NCBI GenBank assembly: GCA_011087645.1
Contig: JAALLF010000014.1
Span: forward strand, 22,817-86,816
Reading direction: 5' to 3'
DNA length: 64,000 nt
Origin: Alphaproteobacteria bacterium
GTDB taxonomy: Bacteria; Pseudomonadota; Alphaproteobacteria; UBA6615
A program made the translations under genes and the position numbers. The notes under the pieces were generated by a model. The model saw only the letters and a list, made by a program, of their open reading frames with translations. It was not told the origin of the DNA and ran no database searches. Shown piece after piece: positions 17,715 to 27,396 of the stretch (its first letter is position 1; every line of letters starts with the position of its first letter).

Positions 17715-18915
17715 GGATCGACCCATAGCGTTCCTGCCCTATGGCCGTCAGACGATCGAGGATGACGACATCGCTGCCGTTGTCGCCACGTTAAAAAGCG
17801 ATTTCCTGACCACCGGGCCTGCCGTCGATGCCTTCGAACAGGCCTTTGCTGACTATGTCGGCACGGCACACGCCGTGGCCGTAAGCAGCGGTACGGCCGC
17901 TTTGCACCTGGCTGCATTGGCGCTCGGACTCGGGCCGGGTGACGCCGTCGTGGTGCCATCGGTCACCTTCGTCGCGACGGCGAACGCGGTGCGCTATGTC
18001 AACGCCGACGTGGTGCTTGCTGATGTCGACCCTGACACCGGCCTGATGGGGCCCGATGAGTTACAAGCCGCATTCGACCGCGCAAAGAACGCAACTGTCC
18101 GTGCGGCCTTTCCCGTTCATCTGAACGGGCAGCCGTGCGATATGGCGGCCCTCGCCGACGTCGCGCGGGCCAATGATTTAGAGCTAGTGGAGGATGCGTG
18201 TCATGCGTTGGGGGGCAATGTCGACGGTCACGCCATCGGCGACACCCATGCCAGCCGAATGGCGATGTTCTCCCTCCATCCGGTAAAAGCGATTGCCATG
18301 GGCGAGGGCGGGCTGTTGACCACCAACGACGATGAGCTTGCCACAGCACTGCACCGCCTGCGCAATCACGGGTTGGTTCAAGACAGCGACATTTTCAGCG
18401 ACCGAGACGAGGCCTTCGACACCGCCGGCCAACCCAATCCCTGGTACTACGAACTGCACACGCCGGGCTTTAACTACCGAGCCAGCGATATCCACTGCGC
18501 GCTGGGCCATTCACAACTGGGCAAACTCGATCGGTTTCTCGATCGACGGCGCACCCTCGCCAATCTCTACGATCGGCTGTTGGCGCCGTTGGCACCCCTG
18601 GTGCGACCGGTGCCCCGGGTTTCATGGGGTCAATCGGGGTGGCATCTTTATCCGGTGCTGATTGATTTCGATGCTGCGGATGTTTCGCGCGCCTCGCTGA
18701 TGCACGCGCTCACGGCCGACGGCATCGGCAGTCAGGTGCACTATATTCCCGTCCATCGCCAGCCCTATTACCGGGCCATCGACCCCGATCTCACCCTCTC
18801 CGGCGCCGATGCTTACTATACACGCTGCCTGTCGTTGCCCTTCTTCCCAGCAATGGCGGACGCTGATGTGGATCGCGTGGTCGCAAGCCTAACCAGAAAT
18901 TTGGGCACTAGTTGA
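17647..18915 (+). CDS. pseC: UDP-4-amino-4,6-dideoxy-AltNAc transaminase
   Basis: LPYGRQTIEDDDI, LTTGP, SSGTAALH, EDACHALG, FSLHPVKAIAMGEGG, PWYYE, QVHYIP; start uncertain. Confidence 0.92.
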   Translation: MPATPTPIGSRSSNFARCSEPIEDRPIAFLPYGRQTIEDDDIAAVVATLKSDFLTTGPAVDAFEQAFADYVGTAHAVAVSSGTAALHLAALALGLGPGDAVVVPSVTFVATANAVRYVNADVVLADVDPDTGLMGPDELQAAFDRAKNATVRAAFPVHLNGQPCDMAALADVARANDLELVEDACHALGGNVDGHAIGDTHASRMAMFSLHPVKAIAMGEGGLLTTNDDELATALHRLRNHGLVQDSDIFSDRDEAFDTAGQPNPWYYELHTPGFNYRASDIHCALGHSQLGKLDRFLDRRRTLANLYDRLLAPLAPLVRPVPRVSWGQSGWHLYPVLIDFDAADVSRASLMHALTADGIGSQVHYIPVHRQPYYRAIDPDLTLSGADAYYTRCLSLPFFPAMADADVDRVVASLTRNLGTS

Positions 18916-18931
18916 TACGGGGGTCTCGTCG

Positions 18932-19609
18932 ATGCGCGTTGCAATAATACCGGCCCGGGGTGGCTCAAAGCGGGTACCGCGTAAAAACCTCCTTGATATC
19001 GGCGGCCACCCGATGCTGACCTACCCAATTCGCTGCGCGCAAGAAAGCGGCCTGTTCGATGAGATTTTTGTCTCCACAGAGGATTCCGAGATCGCGGATA
19101 TCGCTCGCGCGGCTGGAGCTTCAGTAATCGACCGGCCACCAACGCTTGCCGATGACGAAGTAAATGTAGACGAGGTCTGCCTGCATGGCCTGGAAGCGCT
19201 CGCCGAACTGGGGCTGGCCATTGATACATTCTGCTGCATCTATGCAACAGCGATTTTCATCACGCCGGAAGACTTACGATCTTCTTTGGCGATTCTTGAT
19301 GAAGAACCGGAGGCCGACATTGTTATGGGTGTCTCGGCATACGGCATAAACCCGGTCAAGGCGTTGCGATGCGATGGCGATTTTTGGCGGCTTGAGTGGC
19401 CCGAATATGCAGGCTTGAGGTCGCAGCTTCTGCCGCATTTCGTCGCCAGCAACGGTACGCTTTATTGGGCGCGTTCGACAACATTCCAAGCCGACGGCAC
19501 CTTCTATCCGGAGCGCTTAAAATGTTATGAGCTTCCCGCCTCGCGGGGTGTCGATATAGACACTTCGGAAGACTTGGCTCAGGCCCGCCGCCTGATGGAT
19601 GCACCGTGA
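18932..19609 (+). CDS. pseF: Pseudaminic acid cytidylyltransferase (CMP-NulO synthetase)
   Basis: IIPARGGSKRVPRKN, VSTED, CIYATA, VDIDT.ED. Confidence 0.88.
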   Translation: MRVAIIPARGGSKRVPRKNLLDIGGHPMLTYPIRCAQESGLFDEIFVSTEDSEIADIARAAGASVIDRPPTLADDEVNVDEVCLHGLEALAELGLAIDTFCCIYATAIFITPEDLRSSLAILDEEPEADIVMGVSAYGINPVKALRCDGDFWRLEWPEYAGLRSQLLPHFVASNGTLYWARSTTFQADGTFYPERLKCYELPASRGVDIDTSEDLAQARRLMDAP

Positions 19610-19693
19610 GCCGGCAAGGGTTTCCGGTAGCCGATGGCGCCGCCTCGACTCCGCAGTTGCGCTTATTCAGCATTGATCACTTGCCATATTTAA

Positions 19694-20635
19694 ATGGAAT
19701 CGAGAGGCGTCAAAGTGGCCAAATATAGTCAATTAGAATTGGCTGTTCAGGCCTATAAGACCGGAAAGAACATTACAGCTTTCCTCCGGGATTTGACCGA
19801 CTCGGATTTCAATAGTGCGGAGATTATTGAAATTGCCTACGACCTTCAGGCCGGGTCGTTTATTGAATACACCGAAAATTACCGAGAACGCGTACAGAAA
19901 TATTCGAAGGAATGTGCGGATATCGTTTCTCAATATCTAAATGAAAACGATACTCTTCTCGATATTGGGACGGGCGAAATCACGACTTTGAGTCTGTTAG
20001 TCAATGAACTCATTGCATCACCAAGCGACATTTATGCGTTCGATATCAGCCTATCGCGCCTCATTAAGGGCATCGATTTCGCGAAAAGGGAAATGGGTCA
20101 TTGCTATGACCGATTGAATGTATTCGTTGCCGATATCGCAAAAATACCGCGGCCCGATAAGTCGATAAATATTACCGTCTCCAGCCATGCCTTAGAGCCC
20201 AATGGAAGCATATTAGAGGCGCTCCTAACGGAACTATACAGAGTAACTCAAGATTACATTATCCTGTTCGAGCCTTGCTACGAACTGAATAGCGAAGAAG
20301 GCCGGCGCAGAATGGATGACCTGGGTTACATTAAAGGCCTGGATGACACGATAGAATTATTGGGTGGGACAATTATCGACAAAACAGAAATCAAAAACAT
20401 CGCCAATCCCCTGAATCCTACCTACTGTTTTGTGGTGCAGCCGCCCCGCGCGGAAGAGCCTATTAGCCACACATCGAATTCGAATACCTTCTCCGTACCC
20501 GGGTCAAACTATCCTATCCAAAAACAAGAGAACTTCCTGATCTCAAATAATCTCGGACTTTGTTTCCCGATAATTAGCGGAATCCCGATATTGCGAGAAG
20601 ACACAATGATACTAGCAACGGCGTTGGCTAAGTAA
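19694..20635 (+). CDS. Class I SAM methyltransferase with C-terminal Trm112-like segment
   Basis: IEIAYDLQAGS, LLDIGTGE, SHALEPNG, ILFEP; C-terminal LCFPIISGIPIL; AT-rich gene. Confidence 0.75.
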   Translation: MESRGVKVAKYSQLELAVQAYKTGKNITAFLRDLTDSDFNSAEIIEIAYDLQAGSFIEYTENYRERVQKYSKECADIVSQYLNENDTLLDIGTGEITTLSLLVNELIASPSDIYAFDISLSRLIKGIDFAKREMGHCYDRLNVFVADIAKIPRPDKSINITVSSHALEPNGSILEALLTELYRVTQDYIILFEPCYELNSEEGRRRMDDLGYIKGLDDTIELLGGTIIDKTEIKNIANPLNPTYCFVVQPPRAEEPISHTSNSNTFSVPGSNYPIQKQENFLISNNLGLCFPIISGIPILREDTMILATALAK

Positions 20636-20800
20636 TTTTGGATTTCGAGTTTTTAGCTATCTCGCGACGGAAATATGACTCGACAGTGTGTCTACGGCGT
20701 TATCGAGGCATGAAGCGAACCTCGGGGCAGGGCTCTGTATCATTTCGGCTGAGTTCGGCCGCGATCTCCACCAACGCCGGCTGTGGCGGCTGACATTTCC

Positions 20801-21997
20801 ATGATGGCTCCACGCCAAATCTTTGTTACCGGCATGTTTCGGTCGGGAACAACACTCGTCGCGCGCATGCTCGCAATCCATCCCGATCTCGCCTTTGCCT
20901 CCGATCCGTATGCGCCGATATTCAAGGCTCTGCGGAATGCCGTTGCCGCGCATACAGTAGATGCACACAATGACGAGGAAGCGCCCCTCGATGACTATTA
21001 TTTCGACACCGCCAAGTGCGACCTGTTCGAAGCGATACGGTCCGCGGATTTGCAGAGTTTGTCCGCACCGCACGACTTGGCGCCGCTACGCGAAAAGTTG
21101 GCGCGACAGTGTTTAAGCTACTCGCCGCGTATCGAGCCTTTACTGCCCAATCTCGATGGATCCAGTTTTGCCGAACTGATTGAGTCCGGCTTTCAACTTG
21201 TGGCCGAAGCATATGGCAATGGCGACGAATCGGCCGTCGGACTGAAAGAAGTTTGGAGTGGAGAGTTCGTGTGGCCGCTGCTTGCATGCTTCCCCAACGC
21301 CAAAGCCGTCGTCATGGTGCGGGATCCGCGCGCCGTCGTCGCGTCGAAAAATGTGAGCGCAGAAAAATATCCATGGCTATTTCTTGCACGCCAATGGCGC
21401 AAGCTTGCCGCGCTTGCTTGGCTCGCAAAACATGACGAGCAGCTATCGGGACGGGTACATTTGGTTCGTTACGAAGACCTCGTACAACACCCCGATGCTG
21501 GCGTTTCTGAGCTGTGCGAAGCGGTCGGCGTTTCTTTCGACAAGCGCCTGCTAGATCCGGAGGAATACCGCGATGGAGATGGTGCGCCCTGGTTTCAGAA
21601 TTCATCCCACTACAGCCAAGTGCGGAACTTCAATCGAGGATCTCTGACGCGTTGGCGAGACGTTTTGAGTACTGAAGAGACCGCATTCATTGAGGCCATA
21701 TGTTGGCCGGAAATGCTGCTACTCGGTTACGAATTGGAACAGTTCAATCCGAGACGGCCGGACAACACGACGTTCAGCTCGCCGCCGATCGTAGAGACCG
21801 ACGATCTCGCCGGTTGGATTCAGCCTTACGGTATGGATGACCCTCAGCTTGTCAGTGAGGAAATGGCGCACGAACGCTTGCGGACGGAAATGCTAAGCGG
21901 TCGCTCACAACTGTCGGAAGACAAACTGCGTGTGCACCTGCTGGACCCAAGTCTCCATCAGCCTTTGAAGGAGGCATTCGACAATGGACATTGTTGA
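20801..21997 (+). CDS. PAPS-dependent sulfotransferase
   Basis: 5'-PSB loop VTGMFRSGTTL, 3'-PB motif VRDPRAVVAS, VRYEDLV. Confidence 0.88.
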   Translation: MMAPRQIFVTGMFRSGTTLVARMLAIHPDLAFASDPYAPIFKALRNAVAAHTVDAHNDEEAPLDDYYFDTAKCDLFEAIRSADLQSLSAPHDLAPLREKLARQCLSYSPRIEPLLPNLDGSSFAELIESGFQLVAEAYGNGDESAVGLKEVWSGEFVWPLLACFPNAKAVVMVRDPRAVVASKNVSAEKYPWLFLARQWRKLAALAWLAKHDEQLSGRVHLVRYEDLVQHPDAGVSELCEAVGVSFDKRLLDPEEYRDGDGAPWFQNSSHYSQVRNFNRGSLTRWRDVLSTEETAFIEAICWPEMLLLGYELEQFNPRRPDNTTFSSPPIVETDDLAGWIQPYGMDDPQLVSEEMAHERLRTEMLSGRSQLSEDKLRVHLLDPSLHQPLKEAFDNGHC

Positions 21998-23297
21998 CAA
22001 CCAGGCCCTTGAACGAATGCGCGAATTTATCTCGCGCTATTGGATGTGGAACCGCGTCCCCGTTGGCGACGACACAGCTAGATTCGTTCGTGATATGGCG
22101 GATCAATGGGACGCTTCGATTATCAGCGTACCGTCGGGTGCCGAATGCTTAACATGGGTCGTGCCGCCCAAATGGAGCGTGCGTGAAGCGTATATAGAAT
22201 CACCGGATGGCGAGCGCATTGCAGATTTCGCGAAAAACCCGCTGTACCTGAAATCCTACTCCGCGCCATTCAGCGGCGAGGTCGACCGCGACACTCTGCG
22301 CGAGCACGTATTATCCGACCCACAGCGCCCCGACGACCTGATCTACGACTACCGCGCTCAGTACCAATATGGCGAGCGGACCGAGTGGGGCTTCTCCTTG
22401 CCGCACCGCATCGTCGACAGTTTGCCTGAAGGAAACTATCGCGCACATATCGATGTCGCTTTTGGCGAGGGCACACTCGATGTCCTCGACTGGTATCTTC
22501 CGGGCGGGTCCTCAGAGACTATTTTCTTTGCAGCGCATACCTGCCATCCGGCCCAAGTGAACGATGGCATAGCTTGCATCGCAGTATTGATCGAGCTGTT
22601 TCTCAGGCTCGCCCAGCAACCGAAGCGACGCTTCTCCTACCGTCTTCTGCTCGGTCCGGAATATTTCGCCGGCGCCGCGGTGCTCGCCCACGCAACGGGT
22701 ATTGAGAATCTGCGCTATGGATTTTTCCTCGACATGATGGGTAACGGACAGCGCTTTGGCTATTCGCGGTCTTACCGGGGCGATAGTTTGGTCGATCGCA
22801 TCGTGAGCCATGTTTTGCAGGCCAACACTGACGATTTCTTCGAAACTGATTACCGTAAACTATGGGGTAACGACGAGTTATTCTACGATGGGCCAGACTA
22901 TCGCATCCCAACCATTGGGCTCGGCCGCGACCGGTTCGTACATTACCATACGGACAAAGACGATCCGGAACATTGCGACTACGATCAACTGCTCGAATCT
23001 GTCGATATCCTTTCTAAAATGGTCGAAATATTCGAGAGCGATGTGGTGGTGGCCCGCAATTATCGCGGCCCCCTATATCTCAGCCGCTACGGTCTCTACA
23101 TCGACCCCAAGTTAGACCCCAATGGCTATCAACACATGCAAGAGATCCAAATCGAGATGGATGGCACGCGCAGCAATTTCGAAATCGCGGAACGTCTCGG
23201 CGTAAGTCATGAATTTGTCACCAAGTTCGCAGAACAGTTAATTGCACATGGACTTGCACAAATCGTTGAAGACCGAAAGCTGGATGTCTCCAACTAA
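21984..23297 (+). CDS. DUF4910 family (M28 aminopeptidase-like + DUF2172 + wHTH) polysaccharide-locus protein
   Basis: VPSG...WVVPPKWSVREAYI, WGFSL, AHTCHP..ND, YHTDKD, PLYLSRYGLY, C-terminal HTH. Confidence 0.8.
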   Translation: MDIVDNQALERMREFISRYWMWNRVPVGDDTARFVRDMADQWDASIISVPSGAECLTWVVPPKWSVREAYIESPDGERIADFAKNPLYLKSYSAPFSGEVDRDTLREHVLSDPQRPDDLIYDYRAQYQYGERTEWGFSLPHRIVDSLPEGNYRAHIDVAFGEGTLDVLDWYLPGGSSETIFFAAHTCHPAQVNDGIACIAVLIELFLRLAQQPKRRFSYRLLLGPEYFAGAAVLAHATGIENLRYGFFLDMMGNGQRFGYSRSYRGDSLVDRIVSHVLQANTDDFFETDYRKLWGNDELFYDGPDYRIPTIGLGRDRFVHYHTDKDDPEHCDYDQLLESVDILSKMVEIFESDVVVARNYRGPLYLSRYGLYIDPKLDPNGYQHMQEIQIEMDGTRSNFEIAERLGVSHEFVTKFAEQLIAHGLAQIVEDRKLDVSN

Positions 23298-24789
23298 CAA
23301 TTTTGGCGGCGCGCGCCCCCGCAGTGCTGTCTTTCGGACCAGTGCCTCGCCCGAAATAGGCGGCGGCCACGTAACGCGCTGCCTCGCCCTTGCCGACATG
23401 CTGTCGGCACAGGGCTGGCAATGCACATTTGCAAGCGGTGAAAAAACGTTGCCAACCATGCCGGCACTCGCCGATTCGGCGCATAAAATTTCGCGCGTCC
23501 TAGACGAAACAGCCGCCCCCTCAAAACGGGACGGCGCGTGGTCGCCTGAGGAATGCGATCTCCTGGTCTTCGATCATTATGCGCTAGATGCGGCCTATGA
23601 AAGCGCTTGCCGGCCATGGGCCAAACGCATCGTCGTTTTGGATGATCTTGCGAACCGTCCGCACGATTGCGATGTACTGCTCGACCAGACACTCGGCCGA
23701 CGCCCGGAGGACTATGAATCTCTAGTGCCTTCGCAGTGCAACCTGTTACTCGGCACGAAATTCACATTACTTCGATCGGCGTTCGCCGGCGCCCGCAAAC
23801 GTGCCGCAACTGAACGAGATGGACAGTTGCGCAATGTTCTGATTGCACCGGGACAAACCGACCAGGCGGGACTCACGACCCTGGCCGTCACCGCCATTCA
23901 ACAGGCGTTGCCAGATGCCGAGATCAATATCGTTGTGGGGGTGCGTAACCCGCAATTTGCGACATTCGACCAACCAGGCGCCGACAATGTCCATGTACAT
24001 GTCGGCGCCAGCGCAGAGGCGGTTGCAGAATTAATCACTAACGCAGATATTGCGATCGGCGCCGCAGGGAGCAGCGCTTGGGAGCGTTGCGCACTGGGCT
24101 TGCCTGCCGCGCTGGTAATTATCGCCGACAATCAGTCCGAAGTAGCTGCCACGCTTGAGGAGGCCGGGGCCGCCAAAGTCGTCGGCCGAGTTGAAAACCT
24201 TGATGTCGACACGCTGGCGACGGCTATCGAAAATTTGGCCGCAAATCCCGATTTACTTGTCCACATGTCTCAAAAGGCGTCGGAGATTTGCGATGGGCGG
24301 GGCACCTTTCGAACAATGGTGGCTCTAACCCCAGATCTGCCTGCCGTGGACGGATCAACAATTAGATTGCGCGCGGCTGAGTTGGTGGACGCAGCGCTGA
24401 TGTATGATTGGCAGATCCATCGAGATACGAGAAAATATGCGCGCTGTGAAAGTATGCCACCGTTCCGCGAACATATGTCCTGGCTGCGCCAAAGACTGAC
24501 GAATGCAGGATGTCTGTTCACCATTATCGAAAGGGACGGCGCGCCCGCCGGTATCCTGCGTCTCGACGCGTGCAGCGACGGATATGAGATTTCGATTGTC
24601 GTTGCGCCAAACCGGCGAAATCAAAGTATCGGGGCCGCTGCCTTGCAGCTCGGGCGCGCACTTGTGCCGGGCAAGAAATTAAGCGCCTACGTGAAGCGCG
24701 AGAATACCGCGTCCGTTCGGTTGTTCGAAAGCGCAGGCTACCGGCTGGGATCGGACGGCATGTACTCCCACTTACCGTCTGCGGCATGA
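23284..24789 (+). CDS. pseG: PseG UDP-sugar hydrolase fused to PseH-like GNAT acetyltransferase
   Basis: IGGGHVTRCLALA, FDHY, LDDLANRPHDCDVLLDQ, GAAGSSAWERC; C-terminal GNAT (EHMSW, GILRLD, EISIVV, N.AS.RLFE.AGY). Confidence 0.88.
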   Translation: MSPTNNFGGARPRSAVFRTSASPEIGGGHVTRCLALADMLSAQGWQCTFASGEKTLPTMPALADSAHKISRVLDETAAPSKRDGAWSPEECDLLVFDHYALDAAYESACRPWAKRIVVLDDLANRPHDCDVLLDQTLGRRPEDYESLVPSQCNLLLGTKFTLLRSAFAGARKRAATERDGQLRNVLIAPGQTDQAGLTTLAVTAIQQALPDAEINIVVGVRNPQFATFDQPGADNVHVHVGASAEAVAELITNADIAIGAAGSSAWERCALGLPAALVIIADNQSEVAATLEEAGAAKVVGRVENLDVDTLATAIENLAANPDLLVHMSQKASEICDGRGTFRTMVALTPDLPAVDGSTIRLRAAELVDAALMYDWQIHRDTRKYARCESMPPFREHMSWLRQRLTNAGCLFTIIERDGAPAGILRLDACSDGYEISIVVAPNRRNQSIGAAALQLGRALVPGKKLSAYVKRENTASVRLFESAGYRLGSDGMYSHLPSAA

Positions 24790-24799
24790 ATTCAGAATA

Positions 24800-25849
24800 G
24801 TGTCTAACGTCTTGCACATTAACGGACATAGCGTAGGGCCAAAGACGCCACCATTTGTGATTGCCGAATTGTCGGGAAATCACAACGGCCAGCTCGGCAA
24901 CGCGTTGCGTTTGGTGGAGGCGGCCGCCGAAGCAGGGGCGGATGCCATAAAGCTCCAAACCTATACGGCGGATACAATTACGCTCGATCACGACGGGCCA
25001 GAATTTCAGATTACCGAAGGCCTGTGGAAGGGGCGCAGCCTATACGAGCTGTACGATGAAGCGCACACGCCGTTGGATTGGCACGCACCATTATTCGAGC
25101 GCGCCCGCAAATTGGATATTGTTGCGTTTAGCTCCCCCTTTGATCCGAGCGCTGTCGATTTCTTGGAATCACTGAATCCGCCCGTCTACAAGGTCGCGTC
25201 GTTCGAGTTAATCGATATACCTTTGGTCAAATATATTGCCGCGACCGGCAGGCCGATGATCATGTCGACCGGAATGGCCAACCGTGATGAGATCGAAGAA
25301 GCCATTACCGCAGCACGCGCCGCAGGGGCGCGCGAAATTGCCCTATTGCATTGCACGAGTGGATATCCCACCCCCCCGGAGGAGGCGAACCTCGCTACCA
25401 TCAGCGACCTCGCAACGACGTTCGGCGTTGTCATCGGCTTATCGGATCACACGTTGGGAAATGCGGTATCGGTCGCGGCGGTTAGCCTGGGCGCCTCGCT
25501 CGTGGAAAAGCATCTGACTCTGTCGCGTGCTGACGGCGGCCCCGATGCGGCGTTTTCGCTCGAACCCGATGAGTTCAAGTTATTGGTCGACGATTGCCGC
25601 ACCGCCTGGCGCGCACGCGGAAACGTAAACTACCAACAAACAGCCAGCGAGCAGGGCAATGTTCGATTCCGGCGATCCCTCTACGTCGTTGCCGATATTG
25701 GCGAGGGCGAACCCTTCACGCGCGAGAACGTACGGAGCATTCGCCCCGGTTACGGCCTGGCGCCAAAACATTTAGACGGCGTTCTTGATCGCCGCGCCTC
25801 TCGTAATCTGACTAGAGGTACCGCGCTAAACTGGGAGATGGTCGTGTGA
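24800..25849 (+). CDS. pseI: Pseudaminic acid synthase
   Basis: IAELSGNHNG, KLQTYTADTIT, AHTP.DWH, FSSPFD, YKVASFE, SDHTLG, EKH, RRSLY, SIRPG.GL.PK. Confidence 0.95.
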   Translation: MSNVLHINGHSVGPKTPPFVIAELSGNHNGQLGNALRLVEAAAEAGADAIKLQTYTADTITLDHDGPEFQITEGLWKGRSLYELYDEAHTPLDWHAPLFERARKLDIVAFSSPFDPSAVDFLESLNPPVYKVASFELIDIPLVKYIAATGRPMIMSTGMANRDEIEEAITAARAAGAREIALLHCTSGYPTPPEEANLATISDLATTFGVVIGLSDHTLGNAVSVAAVSLGASLVEKHLTLSRADGGPDAAFSLEPDEFKLLVDDCRTAWRARGNVNYQQTASEQGNVRFRRSLYVVADIGEGEPFTRENVRSIRPGYGLAPKHLDGVLDRRASRNLTRGTALNWEMVV

Positions 25850-26475
25850 GCACGGCGGCATATCGTCCAGCCACAGGCCTGCAAATCGACGTTGAAGTCA
25901 GAGGTGATCGTGTTCGGAAAACATTCAATCGCGACATCCCAGGCAGAGCACCAGCGGATGAGAAGTTTGAACGCGAATATGCTGCCTATTGTCGATTCAG
26001 CGAGCTCGGTACGGATTTTGTTCCCCGGCTTATTGAGTGCAATCGGGCCGGGTTATGGCTCGACTTAGAGCGTATCGCCAACGGTCGAACACTCGTCGAC
26101 TGGCTGAACGACGCGGCCCACAACAGCTTCGATCCGGTGATCACCCAGCTCATTCATATCGACCATTATCTACACAAACATCGAATCAACTATTTGGCTG
26201 GTTCCCCTCTGGACGTGTTGGTGGCACACGATTACCGAGTCTATCTCATTGATTTCGAATACACATGGTTAGACGAGCGATTCGAGGACATCTTTTGTGA
26301 AAGCATGAACCACACCCGACTCGAGCGGGTTACGAACACCAGTAATCGAGATTTATTCATCGCTATGCTGGCTAGCCGGCGGGCCGATATCCGGCACTAT
26401 TCACGCCGAAAAATAACGAACGCGGCTGTCCACCGGCTCCGAATTGGCCGCCGCAGAAAACTTGTCAGACGATGA
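25846..26475 (+). CDS. Protein-kinase-like fold protein, catalytic loop degenerate
   Basis: VRK, EREY, VPRLI, YLIDFE (DFG-like); NYLAGSPLD in place of HxDxxxxN. Confidence 0.55.
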   Translation: MSTAAYRPATGLQIDVEVRGDRVRKTFNRDIPGRAPADEKFEREYAAYCRFSELGTDFVPRLIECNRAGLWLDLERIANGRTLVDWLNDAAHNSFDPVITQLIHIDHYLHKHRINYLAGSPLDVLVAHDYRVYLIDFEYTWLDERFEDIFCESMNHTRLERVTNTSNRDLFIAMLASRRADIRHYSRRKITNAAVHRLRIGRRRKLVRR

Positions 26476-27374
26476 ATTTAGATGCGATCGAAGGCGCCGT
26501 CGGAGCAAAGTGTACAATTCAACCCTTAAAAAAGCAGCGGCTCAGCACATCTCGGCTTTTGCGCAAGTGGAAGATTCTCGGCGCCGAGCTGAGCCTGTCC
26601 CCTTATCGAGTCGATACTGCAGACGGACGAGAATACAAGCTGTTGGTTGCCGGCCAGTCCAATCGCCCGGCATTACAGGCGCTGTTAATCACCTATGCGG
26701 CTGTTGCCGAACTCGACTGCACACCGCGCCTTTTATGGCACAACGATTACGCCATTCTACTAGACTTCATACAAGGTGAAGTACCTGACTTGCGCGAACC
26801 TGCGTGCGCGACCGAGTTCGGCCGCAGCCTGGCAGCCATATACCGGCTCGACAGCGACTATCTTCCCGCCTCCACCGTCTTGCGAACCGCGAATAAGTAT
26901 ATTGAAGATTTGATGTCTGTCGGCCTTTTTACATCCGATTTGGCCGACCGCGTGCGCGAAAATCTTTCTGCCCAATTGCCAGAGCGCTGCCGCACGAGTG
27001 TGGATTATGCCGATGTTCAACCTGGCAATTTCCGCTGGGATCGAAGCGGCAAACTCTTGTTTGTTGATATTGGCGGATTTCAGTTAGGGCGCCTCACTGG
27101 CGAAGGCTTCTTCGGGCATCCGGGCGCGTCGAAAATCCCCGAAGAACAGTTCACAACTGCCTATAAAGCCGCCGGAGGCCCTGATGAAATATTCGAATTC
27201 AGGGACGCAATCATTGCGCTCAGCAGTTTACGGCGCGGCTCCCGTTTAGCTATTTGGGCCAGCGGAATGAAATTCCTTCAGCCCCGGCAAGCGCGGGCTT
27301 TCCGGGCGCGCGCGGCGACACTTGTCGACAATCTACAGGCGTTCTCGAACGCCACATCGGACCCAATCAGTTGA
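26472..27374 (+). CDS. Small-molecule/sugar kinase (APH/choline kinase-like fold)
   Basis: TPRLL, LLDFIQG, YADVQPGNF (Brenner-type motif), LLFVDIG. Confidence 0.65.
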   Translation: MNLDAIEGAVGAKCTIQPLKKQRLSTSRLLRKWKILGAELSLSPYRVDTADGREYKLLVAGQSNRPALQALLITYAAVAELDCTPRLLWHNDYAILLDFIQGEVPDLREPACATEFGRSLAAIYRLDSDYLPASTVLRTANKYIEDLMSVGLFTSDLADRVRENLSAQLPERCRTSVDYADVQPGNFRWDRSGKLLFVDIGGFQLGRLTGEGFFGHPGASKIPEEQFTTAYKAAGGPDEIFEFRDAIIALSSLRRGSRLAIWASGMKFLQPRQARAFRARAATLVDNLQAFSNATSDPIS

Positions 27375-27396
27375 AATTCTCAAAGGTTCACTCACA

